DNA from: Macrostomum lignano
Taxonomy: Eukaryota
Direction: 5' to 3'
Assembly: GCA_002269645.1 (NCBI GenBank)
Contig: NIVC01003343.1
Span: 39,201-103,200 of the forward strand
Length of the DNA stretch: 64,000 nt
The translations under genes were made by a program, and so were the position numbers. This document shows, piece after piece, positions 23,971 to 36,289 of the stretch. The notes below the pieces were generated by a model. That model did no database searches. It was not told where the DNA came from and was given only the letters and a program-made list of their open reading frames with translations. Position 1 is the first letter of the stretch, and every line of letters begins with the position of its first letter.

Positions 23971-24639
23971 AGCAGGTAGATTGCGGGGTATCTAGTCTGA
24001 AATTAATCAAGCAATTAAGCATTGCGTATAAATCATATGATAATACTTTATTTCCAGTGCAGACTAGCATATTCTACTGCAACATAGGCTGTGTATATTT
24101 TAAACGTATTCAATTAATAAACTAGCTGGAACCTACCGCATGCTGAATTATATATACTTTTGAGTACGACGGCGCGTGTGCCTGAGTGTCACGGCCTGCT
24201 AGCTTATGTGCTCTGCTCTGCTCTCAATTCTTATCTCTGCCTCTGCATCGCAGCGCCTGTCCTGGGCTGCATCTCCCCCAGATCCTAGGGGTGGGGGGTG
24301 GGGTTTGAGCTTATAGACAGCTCTCTGAGTCGCTTTGGGGATTAACTCAATTTATTTATTGCTATAAGCTGGGTAGGCAAGTAGAAGCGGCTCTGTTCTG
24401 CTCTGCTTGTATAGTTAAACTGGCTCTGCAGATAGATATTTAGGCTTGTCTAGAGCTATACATACGTATTTTATTTGGCCTTTGACGTTTTCCTTTATGT
24501 CAGCTCAGTTTCTTATTATATCTCTCTTTGTCTCATATTTTTCTCTAGCCAATCTCAGCCTTCTCACCGATCTCATCCCTCGTTCAACCTCACCTCCCAA
24601 TTTCACTCTCTCACCAATCTCACCCATTAATCTAATCCT

Positions 24640-25550
24640 CTTCAATATTACTTTCTCTCAATCTCACCATCTCTCAATCTCACCCTCCCTCAATCTCACC
24701 CTCTCTCAATCTCACCCTCCCTCAATCTCACCCTCCCTCAATCTCACCCTCTCTCAATCTCACCCTCCCTCAATCTCACCCTCCCTCAATCTCACCCTCT
24801 CTCAATCTCACCCTCCCTCAATCTCACCCTCTCTCAATCTCACCCTCTCTCAATCTCACCCTCCCTCAATCTCATTCCACCCCAATCTCACCATCCCTCC
24901 ATCTCACCCCACCCTCAATCTCACCCTCCCTCAATCTCACCCTCTCTCAATCTCACCCTCTCTCGATCTCACCCTCCCTCAATCTCACCCTCTCTCAATC
25001 TCACCCTCCCTCAATCTCATTCCACCCCAATCTCACCATTCCTCCATCTCACCTTACCCTCAATCTCACCCCACCCCTCAATCTCACCTCTCACTCAATC
25101 TCACCCTCCCTCAATCTCACCCTCTCTCAATCTCACCCTCCCTCAATCTCACCCTCCCTCAATCTCACTCTCTCTCAATCTCACCCTCCCTCAATCTCAC
25201 CCTCCCTCAATCTCACCCTCCCTCAATCTCACCCTCTCTCAATCTCACCCTCCCTCAATCTCACCCTCCCTCAATCTCACCCTCCCTCAATCTCACCCTC
25301 TCTCAATCTCACCCTCCCTCAATCTCACCCTCTCTCAATCTCACCCTCCCTCAATCTCACCCTCTCTCAATCTCACCCTCCCTCAATCTCACCCTCCCTC
25401 AATCTCACCCTCTCTCAATCTCACCCTCCCTCAATCTCACCCTCTCTCAATCTTACCCTCCCTCAATCTCATTCCACCCCAATCTCACCATCCCTCCATC
25501 TCACCCCACCCTTAATCTCACCCACCCCTCAATCTCATCCTCTCTTACCA
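24640..25550. repeat. 16-bp CT-rich minisatellite (caatctcaccctccct)n
   Basis: Directly visible; explains the 400-aa pseudo-ORF with a 16-aa period. Confidence 0.95.
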
Positions 25551-26049
25551 CTCTTACCCCTACCCCCAATGTCATCCATCTTCATGGATCCATCCTAAAT
25601 TTTTTAAGCAAATTTTCCTCATATTTTTCCAATTCTCACCTTTCTTGACTGTTGTATTGTCGGTATTTAGTTTTGTTCCAGTGAACAGAAGAACGAAAAG
25701 CAAGTCTTTAACTAGGCTAGTGCTTGGGAAGGCACGTGTGTTTAAAAAAACAATCAGCATTCGGTTTTCAACTCTGTTTGCGGAGCGTGTGTTTTCTTGA
25801 CTTAGAATTGATTGTTTAAACGTACTTTTTCCACCGAAAAAAATGATTGATGAATGAGTGGTGTGTGAACAGTTGCCAGGGGAAATCATCTTTTTAGCGA
25901 ATGAAGGCTCCGAGGCTCTGTAAGTCTAGCTAATTGGAAATTCTTGGCTGCCTTTGTTGGCTTGACCTTAGCTAGGCAATCTAGTGTTATTGTTTCTGCA
26001 ATGAAAATGGAATGAGTCTGCTTGATTGCTTGTCAAAAGTGATGCTGGC

Positions 26050-29000
26050 TTTTTTAACCTCCAAACTTCACCTATTCCGTGTGACAAATCAGTGACTTTT
26101 TAACGTCCAAACTTAACCTATTCAGTGTGACTAATCAGTGACTTTTTAACGTCCAAACTTAACCTATTCAGTGTGACAAATCAGTGACTTTTTAACGTCC
26201 AAACTTAACCTATTCAGTGTGACAAATCAGTGACTTTTTAACGTCCAAACTTCACCTATTCAGTGTGACAAATCAGTGACTTTTTAACCTCCAAACTTCA
26301 CCTATTCAGTGTGACAAATCAGTGACTTTTTAACGTCCAAACTTAACCTATTCAGTGTGACAAATCAGTGACTTTTTAACGTCCAAACTTCACCTGTTGA
26401 GTGTGACAAATCAGTGACTTTTTAACGTCCAAACTTAACCTATTCAGTGTGACAAATCAGTGACTTTTTAACGTCCAAACTTCACCTATTCAGTGTGACA
26501 AATCAGTGACTTTTTAACGTCCAAACTTCACCTATTCAGTGTGACAAATCAGTGACTTTTTAACCTCCAAACTTCACCTGTTGAGTGTGACAAATTAGTG
26601 ACTTTTTAACCTCCAAACTTAACCTATTCAGTGTGACAAATCAGTGACATTTTAACGTCCAAACTTCACCTATTCAGTGTGACAAATCAGTGACATTTTA
26701 ACGTCCAAACTTCACCTATTCAGTGTGACAAATCAGTGACATTTTAACGTCCAAACTTCACCTATTCAGTGTGACAAATCAGTGACTTTTTAACCTCCAA
26801 ACTTCACCTGTTGAGTGTGACAAATTAGTGACTTTTTAACCTCCAAACTTCACCTATTCAGTGTGACAAATCAGTGACTTTTTAACCTCCAAACTTCACC
26901 TATTCAGTGTGACAAATCAGTGACTTTTTAACGTCCAAACTTAACCTATTCAGTGTGACAAATCAGTGACTTTTTAACGTCCAAACTTAACCTATTCAGT
27001 GTGACAAATCAGTGACATTTTAACGTCCAAACTTAACCTATTCAGTGTGACAAATCAGTGACTTTTTAACGTCCAAACTTAACCTATTCAGTGTGACAAA
27101 TCAGTGACTTTTTAACCTCCAAACTTAACCTATTCAGTGTGACAAATCAGTGACTTTTTAACGTCCAAACTTAACCTATTCAGTGTGACAAATCAGTGAC
27201 TTTTTAACGTCCAAACTTCACCTGTTGAGTGTGACAAATCAGTGACATTTTAACGTCCAAACTTCACCTATTCAGTGTGACAAATCAGTGACATTTTAAC
27301 GTCCAAACTTCACCTATTCAGTGTGACAAATCAGTGACTTTTTAACCTCCAAACTTCACCTGTTGAGTGTGACAAATTAGTGACTTTTTAACCTCCAAAC
27401 TTAACCTATTCAGTGTGACAAATCAGTGACATTTTAACGTCCAAACTTCACCTATTCAGTGTGACAAATCAGTGACATTTTAACGTCCAAACTTCACCTA
27501 TTCAGTGTGACAAATCAGTGACTTTTTAACCTCCAAACTTCACCTGTTGAGTGTGACAAATCAGTGACATTTTAACGTCCAAACTTAACCTATTCAGTGT
27601 GACAAATCAGTGACTTTTTAACCTCCAAACTTCACCTGTTGAGTGTGACAAATCAGTGACTTTTTAACGTCCAAACTTAACCTATTCAGTGTGACAAATC
27701 AGTGACTTTTTAACGTCCAAACTTAACCTATTCAGTGTGACAAATCAGTGACTTTTTAACGTCCAAACTTCACCTATTCAGTGTGACAAATCAGTGACTT
27801 TTTAACCTCCAAACTTAACCTATTCAGTGTGACAAATCAGTGACTTTTTAACGTCCAAACTTAACCTATTCAGTGTGACAAATCAGTGACATTTTAACGT
27901 CCAAACTTAACCTATTCAGTGTGACAAATCAGTGACTTTTTAACGTCCAAACTTAACCTATTCAGTGTGACAAATCAGTGACTTTTTAACGTCCAAACTT
28001 AACCTATTCAGTGTGACAAATCAGTGACATTTTAACGTCCAAACTTAACCTATTCAGTGTGACAAATCAGTGACTTTTTAACGTCCAAACTTCACCTATT
28101 CAGTGTGACAAATCAGTGACTTTTTAACCTCCAAACTTAACCTATTCAGTGTGACAAATCAGTGACTTTTTAACGTCCAAACTTAACCTATTCAGTGTGA
28201 CAAATCAGTGACTTTTTAACGTCCAAACTTCACCTATTCAGTGTGACAAATCAGTGACATTTTAACGTCCAAACTTCACCTATTCAGTGTGACAAATCAG
28301 TGACATTTTAACGTCCAAACTTCACCTATTCAGTGTGACAAATCAGTGACTTTTTAACCTCCAAACTTCACCTGTTGAGTGTGACAAATCAGTGACTTTT
28401 TAACCTCCAAACTTCACCTGTTGAGTGTGACAAATCAGTGACTTTTTAACCTCCAAACTTCACCTGTTGAGTGTGACAAATCAGTGACTTTTAACCTCAA
28501 AACTTCACCTGTTGAGTGTGACAAATCAGTGACATTTTAACGTCCAAACTTCACCTATTCAGTGTGACAAATCAGTGACTTTTTAACCTCAAAACTTCAC
28601 CTGTTGAGTGTGACAAATCAGTGACTTTTTAACCTCCAAACTTCACCTGTTGAGTGTGACAAATCAGTGACTTTTTAACCTCCAAACTTCACCTATTCAG
28701 TGTGACAAATCAGTGACTTTTTAACCTCTAAACTTAACCTATTCACTGTGACAAATCAGTGACTTTTTAACCTCCAAACTTCACCTATTCAGTGTGACAA
28801 ATCAGTGACATTTTAACCTCCAAACTTCACCTATTCACTGTGACAAATCAGTGACTTTTTAACCTCCAAACTTCACATATTCAGTGTGACAAATCAGTGA
28901 CTTTTTAACCTCCAAACTTCACCTGTTGAGTGTGACAAATTAGTGACTTTTTAACGTCCAAACTTAACCTATTCAGTGTGACAAATCAGTGACATTTTAA

Positions 29001-29690
29001 CGTCCAAACTTCACCTATTCAGTGTGACAAATCAGTGACTTTTTAACGTCCAAACTTAACCTATTCAGTGTGACAAATCAGTGACTTTTTAACCTCAAAA
29101 CTTCACCTGTTGAGTGTGACAAATCAGTGACTTTTTAATCTCCAAACTTCACCTGTTGAGTGTGACAAATCAGTGACTTTTTAACCTCCAAACTTCACCT
29201 GTTGAGTGTGACAAATCAGTGACTTTTTAACCTCCAAACTTCACCTGTTGAGTGTGACAAATCAGTGACTTTTTAACCTCCAAACTTCACCTATTCACTG
29301 TGACAAATCAGTGACTTTTCAACCTCTAAACCTCACCTGTGCAGTGTGACAAATCAGTGACTTTTTAACCTCAAAACTTCACCTGTTGAGTGTGACAAAT
29401 CAGTGACATTTTAACCTCCAAACTTCACCTATTCACTGTGACAAATCAGTGACTTTTCAACCTCTAAACCTCACCTGTGCAGTGTGACAAATCAGTGACT
29501 TTTTAACCTCAAAACTTCACCTGTTGAGTGTGACAAATCAGTGACTTTTTAACCTCCAAACTTCACCTGTTGAGTGTGACAAATCAGTGACTTTTTAACC
29601 TCCAAACTTCACCTATTCAGTGTGACAAATCAGTGACTTTTTAACCTTGACACTTCACCTGTGCAGTGTGACAAATCAGTGACTTTTTAT
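26050..29690. repeat. 46-bp tandem array (gtgtgacaaatcagtgactttttaacgtccaaacttcacctattca)n, about 79 copies
   Basis: Period of 46 read directly (e.g. taacgtcc at 26101 and 26147). Only a few variant sites recur. Confidence 0.97.
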
Positions 29691-30789
29691 ACTCGTAGTA
29701 TAAAAAATCAAAGATAAGCTACCCTTCGTATAAAATATGTCATCGCAACTTCAGTGCTTTGGCATGAGTCCAAATGTGTATATTTACTCGTATGTATATA
29801 TAGCACCAGCTAGCTACTAAAAGAATGAGTCATTTTTAGTTTCTAAAATCCCATAGGAGAAAAAATTCGATCAATCACCCCGTAGGCCGTAGCGATTGGG
29901 TCTTAAGCCACTGCTCTCGCCATTCAGTATCTAAGGGGTAGACATTATTGGCTGTGTCTCTCTGATGAACATTGCAACCGCTGTGTGCATTTGCTGGCTG
30001 ACCAGTTCTCATATAACATTGCATAGTCAGTGAGTGCTTGTATTTGCCACATGTATGTCCAATGGATAAGGCTTATTTTTAGTGGACCTTATATCCGGAT
30101 GACTAATCATCTTTCTCTTGCTAGACTGGAAGGCGTCGCGCCTTGTTGTTGCCGTGTTCCTCGTCCTCTCGTCTCCACTCCTCATTTCCTCCCCTTTCCT
30201 TGGCTTCACTTGTGAGTTGTCCCCAGCGCATCGTTCTCCCCTCCAAACACCAGTTCTTTTTCGATTCCCCATTCCTATCTAGATCGTCTATCTATCATTG
30301 CGCCACGAGCTTCCCTCGGGGGGAGAAAAGGAATTGGACTGCATAAGAGGATGGGTTTGAGTCAAGGAGATCTTTACAACAGTTTCTGGAGTTGAATTAA
30401 ATGAGATAGTGTTGCATTAGTATTCCCCACAGCCCTACTGAAATTTCATAAATATATGTGAGGTCGTATATTATAGATTTTAACGTAGACTTTCTAGTAA
30501 ATTAAATAGCACGAATGATTTCGAAAATTTACAATGATGTGAAAACTGATGGTTGAAATACTGGATTTGCCCATTGGAAGTTTTGTCTATTAGTACGCAC
30601 GTAGGAATGCTTTGTAATATTTTTCGTGTGTAGTTTGTGCGTATCCCATATATGGTTGGGTGGAAATTTTTCCCAATTAATGCCTGTCAATCTTCTCTTA
30701 TGCAATTTAAGAGTTTTTTGCGTTAGGGAAGCAAATATTTATCAATCAATATTATGAACGAGTATTCGTGCATATATATATACTCATAT

Positions 30790-31059
30790 GGGCTCGATTC
30801 CAAGTGCAGTCATTAATTTGGTGCAATCAACGGCCTTGAAGGCCAACCCCCAAGGCGCAGTGAAGTGTACATGCCTAACGATAAAATAAAGTTAGGGCCG
30901 CTGTACACTCCTGTGTGAGTGTGTGACTGCGTACGTATCCGCGCGCTTGTGTGCCTGCTCAGGGGAGTCGGTGGAATGGGCAGTAATGCCTCTCACCGGT
31001 TGTGTGCGACAATGTCGCTTAAAGTGCGCCAGGGTGCACACAACCCCCCTGCCTCTAAT
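30790..31059 (+). mobile_element. SINE-like family 2, copy lacking its head
   Basis: Starts at the B-box-like GGCTCGATTCC and is the reverse complement of 31975-32290 with indels. Confidence 0.7.
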
Positions 31060-31974
31060 AAACATAATATTGTAAAGTATCTACTCATAGAAATATTGAG
31101 GACTCAGTTAGGTAGTCTATTTCTAGACTGTCGTAAAATATACAAGTAGAATTTATTCTGCACACAAGAGCATCAAGACTACTGTCTGTCTCTCCGAAGT
31201 CAATGCTTTATGAATACTCGTCTCATATGGCCAAATTTAATTATAAAGGCCTATAATTCCGTCTATTGGGCTCTATTAACTTTATCTTTAATTATCATGA
31301 TTATAAGCTTTACTCAGAAAAAAATAGAATAGAAAATCTCAATCCATTTATCACTGGATCTATCTGCGGCCTAACTTCTTCTACCGTATTGGCTTTTATA
31401 ACCTCATCAATTTTTATTGCCAACCTTACAAATAAAATCCCTATCTAGATCCTTCCACACTCGTTAATTTTGAAATCCTCGTGCCGGACGTATTTTCCTC
31501 TCTGACTTACTAAATTATTGAAAATCCGTCTATAAATTGCTTCGACCATGTTTTCTATGAAAGCAAAAATTGATAGGCAGGAAAAATTAATCGCTTTTTT
31601 TTGCTGACTTTAGCTTACACTCGAGGAAATTTGCTTTCTAAAGATTTTTCAACTGAATATATTTAGCTAGTATATAAGGTTAAGTGAACTAGCAAAGTTC
31701 ATCTTGCCTCAAGGCCTAGCAGCCTGTGCGAATAGGCGTTCCAATCTAATCAGCTAAAAAGCAATTCAGTTCTTTATGTATTTTTCTTTGTATATATAGC
31801 GTAACGCCGGTATTTCGTTCCAATAATTGGATTGACATCTTGCTCGCGCCGGCTTGGGTGGATGTGTATCATATGGGGCGATTTTTAGTACCATCAAAGA
31901 TAGCCTAACAAAGTGCTTCTTTACTGTATTTCTGATGCATATCATTGAATCTACCGATTGGATTCTTCTGTTAG

Positions 31975-32318
31975 ATTAGAGGCAGGGGGGGGTTGTGTGC
32001 ACCCTGGTGCACTTTAAGCGACATAGGCACACAACCGGCGAGAGGCATTGCTGCCCATTCCACCGACTCCCCTGAGCAGGCACACAAGCGCGCGGATACG
32101 TACGCAGTCATACGTACAGGCAGACACACACAGGAGTGTACAGCGGCCCTAACTTTATTTATCGTTAGGCATGTACACTTCACTGCGCCTTGGGGGGTTG
32201 GCTCTCAAGGCCGTTAATTGCACGAGCAGAGCCAAGCCGAGATTCCAATTTAAGCCCCAAATTAATGCGAATGCACTTGGAATCGAGCCTGGGCCAGTCC
32301 ACTGGGCTACGGCCTCCC
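31975..32318 (-). mobile_element. SINE-like family 2, copy with tRNA-like head
   Basis: Minus strand has A box TAGCCCAGTGG and B-box-like GGCTCGATTCC only 9 nt apart (probable deletion), followed by the shared body. Confidence 0.7.
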
Positions 32319-32446
32319 CTACCGGTTTAATTTATTTGGTTTATAATTTACGCTGAATGATATGTTCTATCTATTCTACTGTTTAAACCTATCAGTAGTA
32401 GTATATAAAACATGTGTTTTAATGTTTCACAAATAATTCATTCCAG

Positions 32447-32647
32447 ACGTGCCCAAACAGTTGGTCTATCCATCTATGAGCGGAGTGAAATTGTTTGCTC
32501 CTTCGGCTGCTCTGTCCCTGACCGGCGGGGACAAAGGTCAGTGCGTGCAAAACTCAGCAGTTGTAAAGATCAGCGTACAGTCGTCGGCTTGGGATCAGGT
32601 GTGCGAACGGAGCGTTCGTAACCTATACGAGCAGAGGAGCGTTTGCC
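32447..32647 (+). CDS. CLSTN: Calsyntenin exon (post-cadherin linker)
   Basis: Acceptor ttccAG, donor GTAAGT, phase 1/1. Encodes NVPKQLVYPSMSGVKLFAPSAALSL...VCER...RSVC. Confidence 0.82.
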
Positions 32648-32681
32648 GTAAGTGACTTTTCTCTGCAAAGACATCTAGAAA

Positions 32682-32852
32682 GGGGTGGCACTCCACTGAA
32701 GTCTTAACTATTTGGATTGGCAATCCACTGAAGTTTCAACTATCTGGGGTGGCACTCCACTGAACTTTAAACTATTTGGGGTGGCACTCCACTGAAGTTT
32801 CAACTATCTGGGGTGGCACTCCACTGAACTTTAAACTATTTGGGGTGGCACT
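32682..32852. repeat. 32-bp minisatellite (ggggtggcactccactgaagtttcaactatct), about 5.5 copies
   Basis: Fills most of a 263-bp intron. Confidence 0.9.
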
Positions 32853-32910
32853 CTATGGAATATTATGCTAGCACTTTATCACACTTTCCAACGTGCTTTA
32901 TTCCCTACAG

Positions 32911-33521
32911 AGGTGAACCCAGCCTCCGTCGACCTGCTCAATCCGCACTACTCACCGGCTAAGCTATCAAGCACTGACTCGGGCAAAGCTGAAGCAGAGA
33001 TAACTCTGCCAGATTGCAAATGCTGCAAAGCTGCTGACATTGCTGCGGCTCAGCTAAAGAAGAAGCTACTAGAAGATCAGAAGAAAGCAGAAAAGAAGAA
33101 GCCATTGCAACCGAAAGAGCATCATAGTTTCGATGGCATCCAGTACTTCATGGACGTACCGTCTGATGTAGTGCCCAAATCGCATATGCTAGGTGAACAG
33201 TTCACTTTGCACTTTTGGCTGCGTCACGGTCCAATGTCCAGAGACGGCGCCAAGGAGCAGATCCTGTGCAGCGCAGATGAGCGCGGTCATAATCGGCATC
33301 ATTATTCTGTGTTCCTGCACAACTGCAAGCTGATCCTACTGCTCAGACAGGAGTATAATCCTCATTCTGATGATCGGAGTTTGAAAGCTGCCGAATGGCG
33401 TTTCCGGCTGAGCGAAGTGTGCGATTCGGAATGGCATCACTATGCTGTCAGCTTTAGCGGCGGCCGGGTCAAGCTGGACATTGATGGCAATATCTTTGCT
33501 GCCACGGCTGATAATCCGCAG
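32911..33521 (+). CDS. CLSTN: Calsyntenin exon (LamG/LNS domain, N-terminal part)
   Basis: Encodes FTLHFWLRHGP, KEQILCSAD, NRHHYSVFLHNCKLILLLRQ and VCDSEWHHY. Acceptor ccctacAG, donor GTGCGA. Confidence 0.95.
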
Positions 33522-33599
33522 GTGCGAAATGGATTAGAGTGCTTTGCAGGGTTAATGGAAGAGATGGATACTCGTAGATCAGCAAATTTTGAGGTTGAT

Positions 33600-34070
33600 A
33601 TAGTGGCATATTGTGAGGTAAATAGAGTGGCAGACTGCTGGCAGATAGCGTGGCAGATTGTGTGGTAGATAGAGTGGTAAATTGTGAGGTAGATAGATAG
33701 AATGGCAGATTGTGTGGTGGACAGAGTGGTAGACTGTGAGGTAGATAGATAGAATGGCAGATTGTGTGGTAGATAGAGTGGTAGACTGTGAGGTAGATAG
33801 ATAGAGTGGCAGATTGTGTGGTAGATAGAGTGGTAGACTGTGAGGTAGATAGATAGAGTGGCAGATTGTGTGGTAAATAGATAGAGTGGCAGATTGTGTG
33901 GTAGATAGAGTGGTAGACTGTGAGGTAGATAGATAGAGTGGCAGATTGTGTGGTAGACTGTGAGGTAGATAGAGTGGTAGACTGTGAGGTAGATAGAGTG
34001 GTAGACTGTGAGGTAGATAGAGTGGTAGACTGTGAGGTAGATAGATAGTGGCAGATTGTGAGGCAGAAAA
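33600..34070. repeat. Compound 24-28-bp minisatellite (gtagatagagtggcagattgtgtg / gtagactgtgag)
   Basis: Directly visible within the intron. Confidence 0.9.
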
Positions 34071-34114
34071 ACAATCTCCAGTACCTGTCTCCCCCCAACC
34101 CCCCGCCGCCGCAG

Positions 34115-34506
34115 ATCCTTGACGACTACCCGATGCATCGGTCGCCGTACACGGCCACCCGCCTGACCATCGGCGCCTGTTGGCACAGCAGAGACGGTGT
34201 GTATCACCAGTTCTTCAAAGGCTCCCTGGCCGGACTGGTTCTGCTAAGAAACAATTTAGAGTCGGACACGGTCATCCACTGTTTGAATCATTGTCACGAG
34301 AAGCTGGATTTCAGCACTAAGACTCAACTGGAGCCGGGCATGAGCGTATCGCTGAATGCCGACTACACCATGATCGAGATCAAGGGTCGGAATGCTACTG
34401 AGCTGGCCAACCTGTTGCGCAGCATCGGCTATATTAATGTGCGCCGGCGTCAGGACGAACTTAGTAGCGCTGTTAAGAGAAGCATTCGATTGGATACGGT
34501 GGTGAC
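34115..34506 (+). CDS. CLSTN: Calsyntenin exon (LNS C-terminal part and following domain)
   Basis: Encodes ILDDYPMH, LTIGACW, FFKGSLAGL, VIHCLNHCHEKLD and IGYINVR. Donor GTGAGT, phase 2. Confidence 0.95.
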
Positions 34507-34534
34507 GTGAGTGGCTTTTTTCTATGCTATGAGT

Positions 34535-34826
34535 TAATAATAATAATTGATTACACCTGCTCCAATTAGGCCAGATGTGCAACTGACAGCTCAGCCGCAG
34601 CTATTGAAGGCTGCGTACGGCTGTTCAGTCCAAGGACTGGGGGGGGGTCGCCACACACCCTCAATTACCCCAGCTAATGCTGGCACCCATTTTACAGCTG
34701 GGTGAACTGAAGCAATGCAGAGTTGAGTGTCTTGCTCAAGGGCACAAATTGTTCGATTGGTTTGGGAATCGAACCCCCGACCTTCCAGTTGTGAGTTCGA
34801 CGCTCCAACCACTGGGCTGCAACCCA
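34535..34826 (-). mobile_element. CORE-type SINE, copy 3 (full length)
   Basis: Minus strand has A box CAGCCCAGTGG, B box GGTTCGATTCC, CORE-like body and (ATT)n tail. Confidence 0.9.
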
Positions 34827-34839
34827 CTAGCGCTAATAT

Positions 34840-35690
34840 AGGACCCGAAGGACTCTAGAAGGGGTACAGTCCCATGGTGAAGGACCCGAAGGACTCTAGA
34901 AGGGGTACAGTCCCACACTGAAGGACCCAAAGGACCCTAGAAGGGGTACAGTCCCACACTGAAGGACCCAAAGGACCCTAGAAGGGGTACAGTCCCATGG
35001 TGAAGGACCCAAAGGACCCAGAAGGGGTACAGTCCCACACTAAAAGACCCAAAAGTCCCTAATAGGGATACAGTCCCACACTGAGGGACCCAAAAGACCC
35101 TAAAAGGGATACAGTCCCACACTGAGAGACCCAAAAGACCCTAAAAGGGATACAGTCCCACACTGAAAAACCCAAAGGACCCTAGAAGGGGTGCAGTCCC
35201 ACACTGAAGGACCCAAAGGACCCTAGAAGGGGTACAGTCTCATGGTGAAGGACCCAAAGGACCCTAGAAGGGGTACAGTCCCACACTGAAGGACCCAAAG
35301 GACCCTAGAAGGGGTACAGTCCCACACTGAAGGACCCAAAGGACCCTAGAAGGGGTACAGTCTCATGGTGAAGGACCCAAAGGACCCTAGAAGGGGTACA
35401 GTCCCACACTGAAGGACCCAAAGGACCCTAGAAGGGGTGCAGTCCCACACTGTCCCAAAACACCCTAATAGGGATAGCTCGTACAGTCCCACACTGAAGG
35501 ACCCAAATGACCTTAAAAGGGATACAGTCCCTCGCTGAAGGACCCAAATGACCCTAAAAGGGATACAGTCCCACACTGAAGGACCCAAATGACCCTAAAA
35601 GGGATACAGTCCCACACTGAGGGACCCTTTAAGGACTCGAAGGACCTCAGAAGGGGTACAGTTCTAAAGCTACACTGAAAGATCCTAAGA
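34840..35690. repeat. 41-bp minisatellite (gaaggacccaaaggaccctagaaggggtacagtcccacact)n
   Basis: About 20 copies starting immediately at the SINE head. Confidence 0.93.
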
Positions 35691-35739
35691 ACCTGAACAA
35701 ATCAATTAAAATAGTGCTCATCTTCATCTTCATCTCCAG

Positions 35740-36259
35740 CTGCTCCAATCCGAAGACCACAGTAAACGTTGACCCAGTGACCATCAATGTCGAAGTCTCC
35801 GACCCGACACCGCCGCCGCCACCTCCGTCGGCTCAGACGTCCCTGGCCTCTGTTCTCCTGTCGGACCGTCTGTGCATCTCCGGCCCGAACCTCCTTCGCT
35901 ACAAGCCCGAAGAACTGTCCTCAATCCGTGGCGGAGTCAGCTTTCTGCAAGGCCTAGAGATTTCTCTGTCCTCTTCGGTTGCTAAGCAACTGGACGCTTG
36001 CGTGCTGAAGACTAGTCCAGATTTCACCGCAGTTGAATCTCTGATTTGGCCAGTTGGTAAAGCTACTGATTCTGGTATTGAAGGCCGAGTTAATCAACGG
36101 CAACTGCTGCTTGAAGGCTACGCTAGCGCTCGGGTCTATCAGAGCCTGCTGTCTCGCGTGATTTATTCTAATAATAATCCCATTATTAGATATCGAAATT
36201 TCTACCTAACGTGCAGCGTTCGCGGCGGGGATATTGTTAGCAACGATTTCACGGTTAAG
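35740..36259 (+). CDS. CLSTN: Calsyntenin exon (membrane-proximal ectodomain)
   Basis: Encodes LDACVL, VYQSLLSRVIYSN, YRNFYLTCS and SNDFTVKV. Acceptor ctccAG, donor GTGAGT. Confidence 0.92.
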
Positions 36260-36289
36260 GTGAGTCTAGTCTAATTTTATCTTCTGTCT

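Noticed and set aside
33522-33668. Extension of the LNS exon to the ORF stop at 33668
   Set aside because: A phase-0 donor at 33522 joins cleanly to ILDDYPMH at 34115, as calsyntenin homology predicts.
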